NCBI GenBank assembly: GCA_963666565.1
Contig: OY762911.1
Coordinates: 2,912,001 to 2,976,000 of the forward strand
Length of the DNA stretch: 64,000 nt
Source of the DNA: Thermoanaerobaculia bacterium
GTDB lineage: Bacteria > Acidobacteriota > Thermoanaerobaculia > Multivoradales > Multivoraceae
Direction: 5' to 3'
Of the stretch, positions 62,833 to 64,000 are shown piece after piece (within the stretch, counting starts at the first letter, position 1; each line of letters opens with the position of its first letter). Made by a program: the position numbers and the translations under genes. Under the pieces are notes generated by a model, which was not told the origin of the DNA, ran no database searches, and worked only from the letters and a program-made list of their open reading frames with translations.

Positions 62833-63800
62833 GTATTGGCCGAGCCGCCCAGGTCGCGGGTGAGCGCCCGGCCGCCCACCAACAGGCGTTCGACGCCGGC
62901 GCGCAGGTGGGCCGCCGCCTCCGCCTCGCCGACGTAGCGAAGCATCAGTTCCGCCGACAGGATCAGCGCGATGGGATTCGCCAGGTCGCGGCCCGCGATG
63001 TCGGGCGCCGTGCCGTGGACCGCCTCGAACACCGCGCAGCCGGCGCCGTAGTTGGCGCCGGGAACGACGCCCAGGCCGCCGACCAGGCCGGCGCAGAGGT
63101 CGCTCATCAGGTCCCCGTCGAGGTTGCCCATGACCAGCATGTCGAAGCGGGTCGGGTCCGTGGCCAGTTCGAGGGCGAGGTTGTCGAGCGGCAGGTAGTC
63201 GACCTGGAAGAAGGGGTAGTTCCGTTCGCACTCGCGGGCGCAATCCAGGAACAGGTTGTCCGACAGCGGCGTGATCGACGCCTTGTGGACGATAGTCAGC
63301 CTCTTGCGGCCGTGGCTGCGCGCGTACTCGAAGGCGAACTGCATGATCCGACGGGAGGCGTCGCGGGTGACGATCCGGAGCGCCTCGACCACGCCGTCGA
63401 CAACCTCGTGCTCGCGGCCGCTGTAGAGGCCCTCCGTGTTCTCGCGCACGATGATCAGGTCGACGCCGTCGTAGCGGGCGCGGGTGGCGCCGGGCATCGA
63501 CTGGACCGGGCGCACGCACGCGAAGAGATCGAGGGACTGGCGCAGGAGCACGTTGACGCTGCGCCAGCCGCCGCCGACGGGCGTCTGCAGCGGTCCCTTG
63601 ATGGCGATCCGGTTGCGCCGGATCGAGTCGATCGCCTCGTCCGGGAGCGGCGACAGGCCCTGGTCGACCGCCGTGCTCCCGGCGATGACCGGCTCCCATT
63701 CGATCCGCCCGCCGGTGACGAAGTCGACGGCGCGCACCATCGCCTTGCTGACCTCGGGGCCGATGCCGTCGCCGGGCAGCAGGGTGATGGAGTACTTCAT
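62763..63800 (-). CDS. NAD-dependent isocitrate dehydrogenase family protein (catalytic-like subunit)
   Basis: LPGDGIGPEV, KGPLQTPVGGGWRSVNVLLR, RENTEGLY, GDLMSD, FEAVHGTAPDIAG. Confidence 0.88.
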   Translation of the reverse strand: MKYSITLLPGDGIGPEVSKAMVRAVDFVTGGRIEWEPVIAGSTAVDQGLSPLPDEAIDSIRRNRIAIKGPLQTPVGGGWRSVNVLLRQSLDLFACVRPVQSMPGATRARYDGVDLIIVRENTEGLYSGREHEVVDGVVEALRIVTRDASRRIMQFAFEYARSHGRKRLTIVHKASITPLSDNLFLDCARECERNYPFFQVDYLPLDNLALELATDPTRFDMLVMGNLDGDLMSDLCAGLVGGLGVVPGANYGAGCAVFEAVHGTAPDIAGRDLANPIALILSAELMLRYVGEAEAAAHLRAGVERLLVGGRALTRDLGGSANTSELTDALLAELDVVAAEREAAQ

Positions 63801-63830
63801 GCGGCGCCCACCGGGTGCGCCGGCGTCCTC

Positions 63831-63875
63831 GCCGGCTGCCGCCGCAGGCGGCCAGGGAGACGCGCCGGCCGCCAG
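63831..63875. repeat. REP variant
   Basis: GGGTGCGCCGGCGTCCTCGCCGGCTGCCGCCGCAGGCGGCC: same GGGTGC foot and second hairpin as family A. Confidence 0.7.
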
Positions 63876-63905
63876 GCCGGCTCTACGCTGGCGGCTACTT
63901 CCATG

Positions 63906-64000
63906 CTAGGCCCCGTCGCTCACCATCGCCTCGATCAGGCAGGGACCCGGCTCGGCGAAGCCGCGTTCGAGCGCCTCCGTCAGTTCCTCGCCGGTGCGGA
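63906..64000 (-). CDS. C-terminus of a thiamine-diphosphate-dependent enzyme (acetolactate synthase-like), truncated by window end
   Basis: RTGEELTEALERGFAEPGPCLIEAMVSDGA*. Confidence 0.65.
   Translation of the reverse strand, partial: RTGEELTEALERGFAEPGPCLIEAMVSDGA

Noticed and set aside
1-64000. Many long antisense or alternate-frame ORFs (for example 1355..4624 +, 16734..20483 +, 46772..49507 +)
   Set aside because: Shadow ORFs of high-GC coding sequence; Arg/Pro/Gly-rich with no motifs, and opposite well-supported genes

Overview
Very GC-rich bacterial chromosomal segment. The gene content (acidobacterial-type VWA proteins, Oar-like TonB-dependent receptors, CRTAC1/ASPIC-UnbV + TPR pairs, DUF1501/DUF1553) suggests Acidobacteriota; this is inference only. 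The centre (about 12.9-46.7 kb, almost all minus strand) is a cell-envelope locus: CRTAC1-TPR-VWA-CRTAC1, then three tandem paralogous TonB-dependent receptors (TBDRs), then CRTAC1-TPR. Each TBDR has 14 Cys in 7 local pairs that bracket its variable loops, its own sigma70-like promoter, a shared upstream 18-bp palindrome (GATCCA-N6-TGGATC) at helically phased positions, and a homologous terminator. The gaps between the receptors hold foreign-looking cargo: PD-(D/E)XK and Uma2 nucleases, a TM protein + DUF900 hydrolase pair, Phd-PIN, IS3, and secreted proteins. The flanks are metabolic or housekeeping genes: FAH hydrolase, purU, CoA-transferase, MFS transporter, Hyi, MBL fold, YyaL, AlkD, a sialidase-PheC-AroQ fusion, and a split pair of IDH genes. 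The flanks are dense in REP/REPIN-like palindromes. Several copies are read in frame inside signal-peptide n-regions, and one carries a captured EF-Tu translation-start fragment. No rRNA, tRNA or CRISPR array was seen. All family calls come from motif recognition by eye; no database search was run.
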